Of a DNA stretch of 64,000 nt, positions 36,701 through 46,791 are shown in pieces. The position numbers were made by a program, and so were the translations under genes. The stretch is from Rhodospirillaceae bacterium. Its GTDB lineage: Bacteria > Pseudomonadota > Alphaproteobacteria > GCA-2731375. The first letter of the stretch is position 1, and each line of letters begins with the position of its first letter. The notes beneath the pieces were generated by a model. That model had not been told where the DNA came from, searched no databases, and was given only the letters and a program-made list of their open reading frames with translations. The stretch is taken from positions 41,715-105,714 of the forward strand of contig JABIWH010000060.1 of assembly GCA_018701215.1 (NCBI GenBank), written 5' to 3'.

Positions 36701-37843
36701 ATGCTGAGTCCCTTTGAAAATGAAGAACGCATTGCCTTCCGCGACAGCATCCGGCGCTTCATCGAGAAAGACATCAAACCTTATGTGGATGAGTGGGACG
36801 AGGCAGGCGAGATCCCGTGGGAGATCCATGAAAAGGCCGGCGCCATCGGCTTCTTCGGCTTCGGCATCAAAGAGGAATATGGCGGCCTGGGTTTCGAAGA
36901 CTGCTTCATGCGGGCGGCGGCGTGGGAGGAATTCGGCAAATGTGGCGCCAACGGCGTGCCGGCGGCTCTGGGCGGGCGCAGTATATCCCTGGGCCCCATT
37001 CAAGACCTGGCCTCGGAGGAAATCAGACAGCACGCCCTGGCCGATATCGTGGCGGGGCGCAAAGGTTCCTCGCTCGCCATAACGGAACCGTCGGGCGGCT
37101 CCGACGTCGCCAACATGAAAACCAGGGCGCATCGCGACGGCAATCACTGGGTCCTGAACGGCTCCAAGACCTTTATCACCGGCGCCATGAAAAGTGACTA
37201 TTTCGTGGTCGGCGCCCGCACCGGTGATGACGGCCTGGCCGGGATTTCCTTGTTCTTTGTCGAGGCAGACATGCCCGGATTTTCCCGCACGTCGATCGAA
37301 CGCAAGATGGGCTGGTGGTGTTCGGACACGGCAACGCTGTATTTCGATGACTGCCGGGTGCCGGCGGAAAACCTCATGGGTGAGGAAAACCGCGGCTTTA
37401 TCGCCATCATGAAGAACTTCAACCTCGAACGGGTCAATATCATCGCTCAGGCGTTGGGTATGATGAAAGTCTGCCTGGAGGAATCCATCGCCTACGCGCA
37501 GGAGCGGCAGACCTTCAACAAGCCGCTGATCCAGCATCAGGTGATCCGCCACAAGATCGCCGATATGTCCGCCAAGATCGATGCGGTCGAGGCCTATCTC
37601 AACCAGATCTGCTGGTTGGTCAATGAAAGCGAGATGCCGGCGGCGGAGATTTGCAAGGGTAAATTCCTGGCCACCAAGTCGCTGGAATTCTGCGCCTCCG
37701 AGGCCATGCAGATTTTTGGCGGTGCCGGCTATCTGCGCGGCAACCTGGTGGAGCGGGTCTACCGCGAGGTCAAGGTGATGGCCATTGGCGGCGGCTCGGA
37801 AGAAATCATGCGGGATCTGGCCGTGCGGCAAATGGGACTATAG
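36701..37843 (+). CDS. acyl-CoA dehydrogenase (divergent from the ligase/ACAD operon)
   Basis: 380 aa ACAD. GAGAG-like RBS (gagagaatgagatg). Confidence 0.85.
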   Translation: MLSPFENEERIAFRDSIRRFIEKDIKPYVDEWDEAGEIPWEIHEKAGAIGFFGFGIKEEYGGLGFEDCFMRAAAWEEFGKCGANGVPAALGGRSISLGPIQDLASEEIRQHALADIVAGRKGSSLAITEPSGGSDVANMKTRAHRDGNHWVLNGSKTFITGAMKSDYFVVGARTGDDGLAGISLFFVEADMPGFSRTSIERKMGWWCSDTATLYFDDCRVPAENLMGEENRGFIAIMKNFNLERVNIIAQALGMMKVCLEESIAYAQERQTFNKPLIQHQVIRHKIADMSAKIDAVEAYLNQICWLVNESEMPAAEICKGKFLATKSLEFCASEAMQIFGGAGYLRGNLVERVYREVKVMAIGGGSEEIMRDLAVRQMGL

Positions 37844-37865
37844 GGCGTGGCGGGGGAGCAACGAT

Positions 37866-38573
37866 ATGGCTGAGGCGCGGACAGGAACCCGGCGGCAACG
37901 GGTTGAGCAGAAAGAGCAGGCGATCATCGCCGCCGCCCGCGCGGTCTTTCAGGAACACGGCTTCGATGGCGCCAAAATTGCCGAGATCGCTAAACTGGCC
38001 GGTGTCGCCGAGGGTACGGTCTATCTGTATTTCGAGAACAAGAACGCCCTGTTGTTGGCGGTGGCGGCTGAATTCTATGACCGCCTGACCCGCGACGCGG
38101 CGGAAGGTATCAAGGACTTGCCTGACACCGCCGCTAAGCTGACCTTTCTGGCCCGCCATCATATGGAGCGGGTGGCGGCGGAATGGCCCATGCTGGGTAT
38201 GGCCATGACGCCCGCCAAGGTTTCCGATGAATATCGCCAATCGGAGGAATATCAGCTCAACCGCACCTATGTGGAAGTGTTCGACCAAGTCATCCGAGAC
38301 GGCGTCAACCGCTCTGAAATTCGGGCCGACCTGCCCTTGAGCGTAGTCCGGGATTTGTTCTATGGCGGCCTGGAGTATGGCGCCCGCACCATGCGCATGC
38401 GTCCCTCCAAAACCGATATTGACGAGACGATTGCAAATTTCATGCTGATCCTGACCGCGGGCATGTTCGTCCCACCGGTGCAGGCAGAGGCAGGCGGTGG
38501 CGCCGACAAAATGCAGGCGGTACTGAGCCGTCTGGAAAAAGTCGCCGGCAGATTAGAGACGGCGGCTGACTGA
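37866..38573 (+). CDS. TetR-family transcriptional regulator (AtuR-like position)
   Basis: 235 aa from the ATG after the ACAD. HTH region GFDGAKIAEIAKLAGVAEGTVYLYFENK is typical of TetR_N. Confidence 0.8.
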   Translation: MAEARTGTRRQRVEQKEQAIIAAARAVFQEHGFDGAKIAEIAKLAGVAEGTVYLYFENKNALLLAVAAEFYDRLTRDAAEGIKDLPDTAAKLTFLARHHMERVAAEWPMLGMAMTPAKVSDEYRQSEEYQLNRTYVEVFDQVIRDGVNRSEIRADLPLSVVRDLFYGGLEYGARTMRMRPSKTDIDETIANFMLILTAGMFVPPVQAEAGGGADKMQAVLSRLEKVAGRLETAAD

Positions 38574-38604
38574 ACCAGCCTTGCCGGCTCACTATTTTGG
38601 GGCG

Positions 38605-40569
38605 CTATTTTGGCGGATTATAGCGGCTGTAGAATTCCGGGGCGCTGTAGTACAGCAGATGCCGGTTGATCCAAAGGTCTAGCTGCGATGAAAGCCGGGC
38701 TGCGTTGGCGCTTTCCAGGGTTGCCAAGTTTCTGGTTTCGCCGGGGTCGTGGTTCAGGTTGTAGAGTTCGGTTTTCTCAAAAGGGTAATAGGTTTTCAAA
38801 AGCTTCCAGGGCCATTGCACCAGGCCATTTTGCTTTACCAATGCATTGCTATGCATGAAGACCGGTCGCCTGCCGCCGGGTTGAAAAAGCGGCCGCCCCT
38901 GAAAGCTGGCCGGTACCGGCATACCCAGGATGCCGGGAATGGTCGCGGTAATATCCAAATGACTGACCGCATCCTGGAAGGTGTCACGGGGCAGGGTGGA
39001 ATTCTTCGGCGGTTTTACCATTACGAAGGTTCGCATCACTTCGTCATACATGGGCCCGGAATGATTGCCAAAACCATGTTCATGGAAGGCTTCGCCGCTA
39101 TCGCCAACGATGACGACCAGGGCTTCGTCCCACAAATTCCTCGCCTTCAGGGTGGCAGCAAAAGCCGATAACTCCCGGTCCAGATTATGCACCGCATTGA
39201 GATATCTGTTTCGAACCACCGATTTCAACGCCGCCGGCCAAAGATAGTAGAGCGCGCCTGACTCGATTTCCGAAGGCTGATACGGGCGCGCGCCGCCGGG
39301 CGGAATGACATAGGAAAAATGCGTGTTCTGCAAATTCATGCCAAGAAAAAACCGCCGCTTGTTTCCCAGGCCTTCGATCCAGCGGGCGGCGATTTTTAGG
39401 GTTTGGCTATCCTCGATCTTACCGGCCGTGGCGATACCCATGCGGATCAACTGGCCGATGCCCTTTCTATCCGCCTTGTGATACCAGGTATCGCCCTCGA
39501 AGTTCTCCGAGTGATAAAAATAGTCAACTTCGGCTGGCACGTTCAGCCAGTTGATCATTTTGCCCCATAGTTCATTCTGCGATGAAATATAGCCGGTGGT
39601 GTAGCCATGTTCCTTCATCAGCTTGAATATGGAGGTGCCGCGATAACCCGCATCCGTTGGGTAATGCTGTAAATTAAGCGACCGCATCGGGTAGCGCGAA
39701 TACCAGAAGGCGACATCGGCGTAATTCGAATGGGATGCGGTGGCATAGGCTTTGTCAAAGAATATGCCGTCCCCCTCTGCCAGGGATTTCAGAAACGGAA
39801 TTGGCGTGGGCGCCATTTCGATCAGGTCCCGGCGCAGGGATTCAACCAAAATGACGATGACCGGATGGTCGCCGTCGGCTTTCCCGATGGGCGCCGAAGG
39901 TGGGCGCGTCACAAAGGTTTTTTCCAGCGCCCGGTCCACGACATAGTCGGCATGGGATGGATCCAACCGCACCAACAGCATCTTGTTGAAGGCAATTGCC
40001 GAGAATTTCGCCGCCGCATATGGTGCGCTGAGATAGGCGCCCAAGGCCGCTGCCATCAAGGCGGCAAAAATCAAACTCGCGCCCCGCGGCTGGTTCATGC
40101 GGCGTGCCGGGCCAAAAAACAGTTTCGTCACGGCAAATGAAAACAGCAGCGTGGTGAATATGATGCCAAGGGTCATGGCAGGTGCGGTTTGCAGCAAATG
40201 CTGGGGAATGCGGGCCAGATTATCGATCAGAAAGACCACGATGTCCGTGCTCGGCAGAAAGCCGCTGGTCAGACCCAAGGACCAGGTAAAGGCGCACTGG
40301 ATCAACAAGGTCGCGGCCAGCAAGGTCAAAAGCAGGGCCAAAGGTCCGCGCAGAAGGATCGATGGCACACGGGCCGCCGCGATGGCCAGCAAGAACAAGG
40401 CAAAATATAGCACTGCCCAGGTCAGGGCCGCATTGGCCGCGATGATCAGCAATGACCAGCAAAATTCGTCGCCGCAATGCCTGGTCCTGAAATTTTTCGA
40501 GACCAGAAACCCGATGACAAGATCCGTTACAGGCAAGCTGGCAAGAACCAATAACCGCACAACAAACAT
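38605..40569 (-). CDS. membrane-anchored sulfatase/alkaline-phosphatase-superfamily protein (LtaS / phosphoglycerol- or phosphoethanolamine-transferase-like)
   Basis: 654 aa with ~5 N-terminal TM helices, then a sulfatase-type domain (VIVILVESLR, metal-binding D/H residues). Confidence 0.7.
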   Translation of the reverse strand: MFVVRLLVLASLPVTDLVIGFLVSKNFRTRHCGDEFCWSLLIIAANAALTWAVLYFALFLLAIAAARVPSILLRGPLALLLTLLAATLLIQCAFTWSLGLTSGFLPSTDIVVFLIDNLARIPQHLLQTAPAMTLGIIFTTLLFSFAVTKLFFGPARRMNQPRGASLIFAALMAAALGAYLSAPYAAAKFSAIAFNKMLLVRLDPSHADYVVDRALEKTFVTRPPSAPIGKADGDHPVIVILVESLRRDLIEMAPTPIPFLKSLAEGDGIFFDKAYATASHSNYADVAFWYSRYPMRSLNLQHYPTDAGYRGTSIFKLMKEHGYTTGYISSQNELWGKMINWLNVPAEVDYFYHSENFEGDTWYHKADRKGIGQLIRMGIATAGKIEDSQTLKIAARWIEGLGNKRRFFLGMNLQNTHFSYVIPPGGARPYQPSEIESGALYYLWPAALKSVVRNRYLNAVHNLDRELSAFAATLKARNLWDEALVVIVGDSGEAFHEHGFGNHSGPMYDEVMRTFVMVKPPKNSTLPRDTFQDAVSHLDITATIPGILGMPVPASFQGRPLFQPGGRRPVFMHSNALVKQNGLVQWPWKLLKTYYPFEKTELYNLNHDPGETRNLATLESANAARLSSQLDLWINRHLLYYSAPEFYSRYNPPK

Positions 40570-40735
40570 GCTATTATCCTAATGCAACGTAAGGCTCCGT
40601 TGGCGAACACGGCCCGCTACCGGTCATGGCACTTCAACAACATGGCTGAATGACACCATAGCGCGCATGGCTGGCTCGAGCCTCTGTTTTCGACCGCACT
40701 ATCTATTCCAGAAATTTATTAACTTTGGCTATACC

Positions 40736-41875
40736 TTATGCCTCGGCCACCAGCAGCCGGTGTGGTGCTTCGAAGTATTCCGCTGATTGCATTTCGGTCA
40801 GGCGCGAAACCGTGCGCTGGAATTCGAAACCGCCGTCGCCTGTCGGATAGATGTGTTCGGCGTCCGTCGCGGCGCTGGCCACCAACTTGACGCCATTGTC
40901 GTACAGGACATCGATCAAGATGACAAAGCGGCGGGCTTCGTTGCGCCGTTCCGGGCCCAGCTGGGGAATGCCGGACAGGATCAGGGTATGATAATGCCGG
41001 GTCAGTTCCAGATAGTCGTGGGCGCCCAGGGCCGCCTCGCACAGCTGGGGGAAACTGAAACGGGCCACGCCCTTGGCCTGTTGCGGCACCACCAAGATGC
41101 GGCCCTTGACCTCGATCTCGCCTGGGTCGCCAACGGGCCTGTCCGTCAGGTTTTGAAAGGCCGTATCCAGGGCCGCATCCGCCGCTGCATCCAACGGCGT
41201 GTAGTAGACCGGCACGCCCTTCATGCGCGCCAGGCGGTGGTCCTGGCGGCCTTCCAGACATAAGACATCCAGGCGTTGCTTCAGGTCTTCGATAAACGGC
41301 AGGAACAACTGCCGGTTCAGACCGCCTTTGTACAAATCATCCGGGGCCCGGTTCGAGGTAGCGATCACCACCACGCCCAATTCGAACAGACGTCCGAACA
41401 GACGGCCTAGGATGGTGGCGTCGGCGATGTCGCGGACCTCGAACTCGTCGAAACACAACAGCCAGGTGGCTTCCGCGATATCCTCGGCGATGGGTGGGAT
41501 GGGATCATCGCCCTTTCTCTCCGCCGCCGGCGCCTTGCGAAAGGCGTTGATGCGGCCATGCACCTCGCCCATGAATTCATGAAAATGCACCCGGCGCTTG
41601 CGATCAATCGGCGCGCCTTCAAAGAACAGATCCATCAACATGGATTTGCCCCGGCCCACTTCGCCATAGATATACAGGCCCTCGGGCGTGGGTTCCGTCT
41701 GGCCGCGGCCAAACAGGAACTGCCGCCAACCGCTACTCTGGCTAGGGTCATACTGCGCCAGGCGGTGGTGCAGCATCTGCAGCTTTTCCGCCGCCAGCTC
41801 TTGCGCTGGGTCCGGGTCCAGCTCGCCGGCCCGGCGCAGGGCCCGGTAGCGTTCTAACGGGGCATTCGCGTCCAC
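40736..41875 (-). CDS. zapE: AFG1-like ATPase ZapE
   Basis: 379 aa. Walker A GEVGRGKSMLMD, and length and architecture of ZapE/AFG1. Confidence 0.8.
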   Translation of the reverse strand: MDANAPLERYRALRRAGELDPDPAQELAAEKLQMLHHRLAQYDPSQSSGWRQFLFGRGQTEPTPEGLYIYGEVGRGKSMLMDLFFEGAPIDRKRRVHFHEFMGEVHGRINAFRKAPAAERKGDDPIPPIAEDIAEATWLLCFDEFEVRDIADATILGRLFGRLFELGVVVIATSNRAPDDLYKGGLNRQLFLPFIEDLKQRLDVLCLEGRQDHRLARMKGVPVYYTPLDAAADAALDTAFQNLTDRPVGDPGEIEVKGRILVVPQQAKGVARFSFPQLCEAALGAHDYLELTRHYHTLILSGIPQLGPERRNEARRFVILIDVLYDNGVKLVASAATDAEHIYPTGDGGFEFQRTVSRLTEMQSAEYFEAPHRLLVAEA

Positions 41876-41906
41876 GCGTATGAAATCTCCGTCTATTCAG
41901 ACCAGC

Positions 41907-43409
41907 TTACTCTGAACCGGGCGTGGGCATGGCGAACTCAGCGCCGGCCCGAATACCCGTGGGCCAGCGCGAGGTCACGGTCTTGGTCCGGGTATAGAAC
42001 CTCACCCCATCTGGTCCGTGCTGGTTCATATCGCCAAAGGCCGAATTCTTCCAACCGCCAAAGCTGTAGAAGGCCATGGGCACCGGAATGGGTACGTTGA
42101 TGCCAACCATGCCCACCTCGACATTGGCGGTGAAGTCACGGGCCGCATCGCCGTCGCGGGTGAAGATGGCGACGCCGTTGCCAAACTCATGCTCGGTGGG
42201 TAGGCGCAGCGCCTCGTCAAAATCCGGTGCGCGGACCACGGACAGTACCGGGCCGAAGATCTCTTCTTTATAGATGCGCATATCGTCGGTGACATTGTCG
42301 AACAAACAGCCGCCCATGAAAAAGCCGTTCTCGTAGCCCTGGGCCCGGAAGTCCCGGCCATCAACCACCAGATCGGCGCCTTCCTGGACGCCCAGATCCA
42401 CATAGCCTTTGACCTTGGCCAGATGTTCCGCCGTGACCAATGGTCCCATTTCGGAGGCCGGATCCAACGAAGGCCCGACCTTCAGGGCCTCGATACGCGG
42501 CTTCAGACGCGCCACCAGCTCGTCCGCCGTATCCTGACCAACGGGCACGGCGACCGAGACCGCCATGCAGCGCTCGCCGGCGGAGCCATAGCCCGCGCCC
42601 ATCAGGGCATCGACGGCCTGTTCCATATCCGCGTCAGGCATGACGATCATGTGGTTCTTGGCCCCGCCCATGGCCTGTACCCGCTTGCCGAAATGGGCGC
42701 AGCGCTCGTAGACATAGTTGGCAATGGGCGTGGAGCCGACAAAGCTGACCGCCTTGACGTTTGGATCTTCGATCAGGGTATCGACCGCCAGCTTGTCGCC
42801 GTTGACCACGTTCAATACGCCCTCTGGTGCGCCGGCCTCCATCATCAGTTCCGCCAGGCGGAGCGGTAACGATGGGTCTTTTTCCGATGGTTTCAAGATA
42901 AAGCAGTTGCCGCAGGCAATGGCCACGGGGAACATCCACATGGGTACCATGGCGGGGAAGTTGAACGGCGTGATGCCGGCCACCACGCCCAGCGGCTGGC
43001 GCATGGAATAAAGATCGATGCCAGCCGCCACGTTGGCGGAAAACTCGCCCTTCAACAGCTGTGGGATGCCGCAGGCAAATTCCACCACTTCCAAACCACG
43101 GGTGATGGAACCGGCGGCATCCGACTTGACCTTGCCATGTTCGATGGAGCACAGCTCGGACAACTCGTCCATGTTCTGTTCCAGCAGATCCTTGAAGCGG
43201 AACATCACCCGGGCCCGGGCCGAGGGCGCGGTGTTGGCCCAACCGGGAAACGCCTTGGCCGAGGACGCGATGACCGCGCGGACCTCGTCCGCCGTCGCCA
43301 GGGGCAGCTCGAAAATCTGCTCGCCGGTGGAGGCGTTATAGACCGGGCTGAAACGGTCGCTTTCCCCCGGCACGGCCCTGCCGTCAACGAAATGGTACAG
43401 CTGCTTCAT
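41907..43409 (-). CDS. mmsA: CoA-acylating methylmalonate-semialdehyde dehydrogenase
   Basis: ~500 aa aldehyde dehydrogenase with MmsA-type N-terminus (..HFVDG.....S.RF.PV.N..TGE) and catalytic-Cys region GNCFILKPSE. Start taken at MKQLYHF..., 10 codons into the six-frame ORF (the ORF's own first ATG at 43439 is possible). With that start the gene ends 16 nt before the ilvD stop. Confidence 0.85.
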   Translation of the reverse strand: MKQLYHFVDGRAVPGESDRFSPVYNASTGEQIFELPLATADEVRAVIASSAKAFPGWANTAPSARARVMFRFKDLLEQNMDELSELCSIEHGKVKSDAAGSITRGLEVVEFACGIPQLLKGEFSANVAAGIDLYSMRQPLGVVAGITPFNFPAMVPMWMFPVAIACGNCFILKPSEKDPSLPLRLAELMMEAGAPEGVLNVVNGDKLAVDTLIEDPNVKAVSFVGSTPIANYVYERCAHFGKRVQAMGGAKNHMIVMPDADMEQAVDALMGAGYGSAGERCMAVSVAVPVGQDTADELVARLKPRIEALKVGPSLDPASEMGPLVTAEHLAKVKGYVDLGVQEGADLVVDGRDFRAQGYENGFFMGGCLFDNVTDDMRIYKEEIFGPVLSVVRAPDFDEALRLPTEHEFGNGVAIFTRDGDAARDFTANVEVGMVGINVPIPVPMAFYSFGGWKNSAFGDMNQHGPDGVRFYTRTKTVTSRWPTGIRAGAEFAMPTPGSE

Positions 43410-43425
43410 ACTTGGAGTTCCCTGT

Positions 43426-45276
43426 TTATTGGCCGTCAATCACACCGGGGTCGCGCACTGCACCATAGGCGGCACTACGCGCCAGGGCGGCATACGAGCG
43501 CAGGGCGCGGGAGACATGACGGTCCCGGTTCACGGGTTTCCAGCCGCCGTCCTCGCGGTCGGACATCGCCTGATGCCGGCGCTCAATCTCCTGTGGATCC
43601 ACGTTCAGTTGCAGCAAACGTTCGGGGATATCGATCTCTACTTCGTCGCCATCCTCGATCAGGGCAATCAGTCCGCCTTCGCCGGCTTCCGGCGAGATGT
43701 GACCCAGGGACAGGCCCGAGGAAGCGCCGGAAAAACGGCCATCCGTGATCAGGGCGCATTCCTTGCCCAGTCCCACGGCCTTGATCATCGATGTGGGCAT
43801 CAGCATTTCCTGCATGCCCGGGCCGCCGCGTGGGCCTTCGTAGCGGACCACGACCACGTCGCCGGCCTTGACCTTGCCGGCCATGATACCGTCGCCGGCA
43901 GCGTCCTGGCTTTCATAGACCACGGCGGGGCCTTTGAATTTCAGGATTGATTCATCGACGCCGGCGGTCTTCACGATGCAGCCGTCATCCGCCAGATTGC
44001 CGAACAGCACGGCCAGGCCGCCATCGGCGGAATAAGCATGCTCGATATCTCGGATGCAGCCATCGGCGCGGTCCAGATCCAGGCTGTCGTAATAGCTGTC
44101 CTGGCTAAAGGCGGCGATGGAGCGGATACGACCGGGCGCGGCGCTATAGAATTTCTTGACCTCTTCATTGGAGGTGCGGCGCACGTCCCACATTTCCAGG
44201 GTGTCCGCCAGGGTATCGCCCGAGATATTGAGTACGGAGGTATCCAACAGGCCGCCGCGGGCCAATTCGCCCATGATGGCCAGGATGCCGCCGGCCCGAT
44301 GCACATCCTCCATGTGATAGTACGGCACCGATGGCGAGACCTTGCAGATATTGGGTACCTTGCGCGACAGGGCATCCATGTCCGCCATCTTGAAGTCGAC
44401 CTCGCCCTCGAACGCGATGGCCAGCAAATGCAGCACCGTGTTGGTGGAGCCGCCCATGGCGATATCCAGCGCCATGGCGTTTTCGAAGGCCTTTACGGTG
44501 GCGATGTTGCGGGGCAGCACCGAGGCTTCATCCAGCTCGTAATAGCGCTTGGTCATCTCGACGATTTGCCGGCCCGCTTGTAAAAACAATTCCTTGCGCC
44601 GGGCGTGCGTGGCGACGATGGAGCCATTGCCCGGCAGCGCCAGACCCAGCGCCTCGGCCAGGCAGTTCATGGAGTTGGCGGTGAACATGCCCGAACAGCT
44701 GCCGCAGGTGGGACAGGCGGCCTGCTCCATCTCCAGCAATTGAGCGTCGGAAACGTTGGGATCGTTACTGGCCACCAGAGCATCAAGCAAATCCAGCTCG
44801 GAACCTTTTGTAGCGCCCGCCTTGCCGGCCTCCATGGGGCCGCCCGAAACAAAGATCGTGGGGATGTTCAGGCGCATGCCGGCCATCAACATGCCCGGCG
44901 TGATCTTGTCACAGTTCGAAATACAGACCAGGGCGTCGGCGCAATGGGCATTCACCATATATTCCACCGCGTCCGCGATCAGCTCCCGGCTGGGCAGGCT
45001 GTAGAGCATGCCGTCATGGCCCATGGCGATGCCGTCATCCACGGCGATGGTGTTGAATTCCTTGGCGTTGGCGCCGGCCGCCTCGATCTCGCGGGCGACC
45101 ATCTGGCCCAGGTCCTTCAGGTGCACATGCCCCGGCACGAACTGGGTAAAGGAATTGGCGATCGCGATGATCGGCTTATCCATATCCTTTTCCTGGGTAC
45201 CCGTGGCGCGCCACAGGGAACGTGCGGCGGCGGCTTGTCTGCCCTGGGTGGTGCGGTGTGAGCGATATGCGGGCAT
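43426..45276 (-). CDS. ilvD: dihydroxy-acid dehydratase
   Basis: 616 aa. N-terminal ~140 aa nearly co-linear with E. coli IlvD (MP.YRS..TT.GR...ARALWRATG......[18 protein letters not shown]...). C.C Fe-S ligands [15 protein letters not shown]. Confidence 0.9.
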   Translation of the reverse strand: MPAYRSHRTTQGRQAAAARSLWRATGTQEKDMDKPIIAIANSFTQFVPGHVHLKDLGQMVAREIEAAGANAKEFNTIAVDDGIAMGHDGMLYSLPSRELIADAVEYMVNAHCADALVCISNCDKITPGMLMAGMRLNIPTIFVSGGPMEAGKAGATKGSELDLLDALVASNDPNVSDAQLLEMEQAACPTCGSCSGMFTANSMNCLAEALGLALPGNGSIVATHARRKELFLQAGRQIVEMTKRYYELDEASVLPRNIATVKAFENAMALDIAMGGSTNTVLHLLAIAFEGEVDFKMADMDALSRKVPNICKVSPSVPYYHMEDVHRAGGILAIMGELARGGLLDTSVLNISGDTLADTLEMWDVRRTSNEEVKKFYSAAPGRIRSIAAFSQDSYYDSLDLDRADGCIRDIEHAYSADGGLAVLFGNLADDGCIVKTAGVDESILKFKGPAVVYESQDAAGDGIMAGKVKAGDVVVVRYEGPRGGPGMQEMLMPTSMIKAVGLGKECALITDGRFSGASSGLSLGHISPEAGEGGLIALIEDGDEVEIDIPERLLQLNVDPQEIERRHQAMSDREDGGWKPVNRDRHVSRALRSYAALARSAAYGAVRDPGVIDGQ

Positions 45277-45576
45277 GGCGGTAATTCCTTCGTAATGGCG
45301 GCGAAAATGCAAGAACGGCGCGGAACTTAGCAGGTTCCGCGCCGCCTTTCCAATATAGTTCATCTTAGGGTGTAAGCAATTCTAGGTCCAAAAGGCTAGT
45401 CCGGCACGGCACCTGATCCGATGATGAATTCGAACTCGGTCTCAAAACCGTTTTCGTTTTCGAATTGTGCAAGGCAGGCCCTGACATCGGCCCAGGCGGG
45501 AGATCGCGGGTGAAATATTTACCTTTTTTCCATAATATGCTGGCCTGACGCTAATGGAGATGACTTATGGCGCATC

Positions 45577-46185
45577 GTGAAGACAGCGGCCGGCTGGGTG
45601 ACGACCATGCCGGATGATCGGGCCAGCGAATATCGCGACAAACAACAGGGTGGCGATGATCCGTTTGCCATCGTGACACAGCAATTGCGGCGCGGCGAAA
45701 AAAGCGTCTGGACAGAACGGCCGGCGCCCCTGGCGCGGGCCAGATCCCGGTTGATGATCTTTCTGTTCGGCATCCCGTTTTTTGCCTTCGCGGTGTTCTG
45801 GACCATCTCCGCCGGACAATCGGGCGATGCCATATTTCCCCTGTTCGGCATCCCGTTCATGGTGATCGGCGCGGGCCTGCTGCTCTCGCCCGTGTGGAGC
45901 TATTGGGAGGCCAAAAACTGGCTGATCTATGCCATTACGGACCAGCGTATTCTGATCATCCGGACATTTCCCAGGCACAAGGTGGAAAGCTTCGAACCCG
46001 ACGACATCACCAAGCTGGAACGCACCACCAAACCGGATGGTTCCGGTAACGTAATATTCGCCGAAGAAGAACGCCGAGGCAAGAACGGCACCTATATGGT
46101 GCCGCGCGGCTTCTACGGCGTGCCCGAGGCCATGCGCGTCGAGGACGCGGTGATGCAGCTGCGGAACTCAGGCGCCAATACCTAG
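45577..46185 (+). CDS. membrane protein with two TM helices and a bacterial PH-like (bPH_2/DUF304-type) domain
   Basis: 202 aa. TM-TM hairpin (LMIFLFGIPFFAFAVFWTI ... FPLFGIPFMVIGAGLLLSPVW) followed by a ~100-aa soluble domain. Start may be the downstream ATG (MPDDRAS...). Confidence 0.5.
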   Translation: MKTAAGWVTTMPDDRASEYRDKQQGGDDPFAIVTQQLRRGEKSVWTERPAPLARARSRLMIFLFGIPFFAFAVFWTISAGQSGDAIFPLFGIPFMVIGAGLLLSPVWSYWEAKNWLIYAITDQRILIIRTFPRHKVESFEPDDITKLERTTKPDGSGNVIFAEEERRGKNGTYMVPRGFYGVPEAMRVEDAVMQLRNSGANT

Positions 46186-46205
46186 CGGCCGGTCGCTGGC
46201 GGCAT

Positions 46206-46664
46206 TTGTCCAATGTGCCGTTATATGACAAACTGCCACCCATGGGGATACGCTTTCAGATCGACGTCGCCATGCGTCTTGTCATTGCTTGGTATGAAAA
46301 GCAGCTCGATCCGCTTGAGTATATAAAGGTTATGAAGGAAATCGCGGCGAGCCCCGATTTCCGTCCGGATTTTCGCCTGCTCGCGATCATCTCTGAAGAT
46401 ATCGACCTGAGTAGTCTAAGCGCCGATGCCATGCGCGAGATGCAGGCCGCCGAAGCGGCGAGCCTGCAGCGTCCCCCCGGAACCCTGGGGGTGATCCTGG
46501 CCGAGGACGAAATGGTCACTGTCATGGGCAAGCTCTATATCGAACTTGCCGCCAATAATCCCAACCTTGGAACCGATATCCGCATGGTTTCAAACGCCGC
46601 CGAAGCCAGTGCCCTGCTCGGCGTTAACCTGGCCCACCTGCAAATGCCGGCCTACGCCCTCTAG
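46206..46664 (+). CDS. hypothetical protein
   Basis: 152 aa with coding-like composition. Weak STAS/anti-sigma-antagonist-like feel only, not assignable. Confidence 0.4.
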   Translation: MSNVPLYDKLPPMGIRFQIDVAMRLVIAWYEKQLDPLEYIKVMKEIAASPDFRPDFRLLAIISEDIDLSSLSADAMREMQAAEAASLQRPPGTLGVILAEDEMVTVMGKLYIELAANNPNLGTDIRMVSNAAEASALLGVNLAHLQMPAYAL

Positions 46665-46737
46665 GGGCCCGCCCAGAGCGAAACTGTTCTATATCTAGTC
46701 TAATCTCTTTCGCGGCGATCAGGTTCAAAAACTGCGC

Positions 46738-46774
46738 TTTTATGCAGTTAGCTAGTTTAGCTAACTGCATAAAA
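46738..46774. promoter_or_regulatory. perfect palindrome TTTTATGCAGTTAGCTA-GTT-TAGCTAACTGCATAAAA (17-bp arms), candidate autoregulatory operator
   Basis: Read directly. It ends 18 nt upstream of the Phd-like antitoxin start, in an AT-rich intergenic region. Confidence 0.7.
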
Positions 46775-46791
46775 TAAGCTGAGTCATCACA

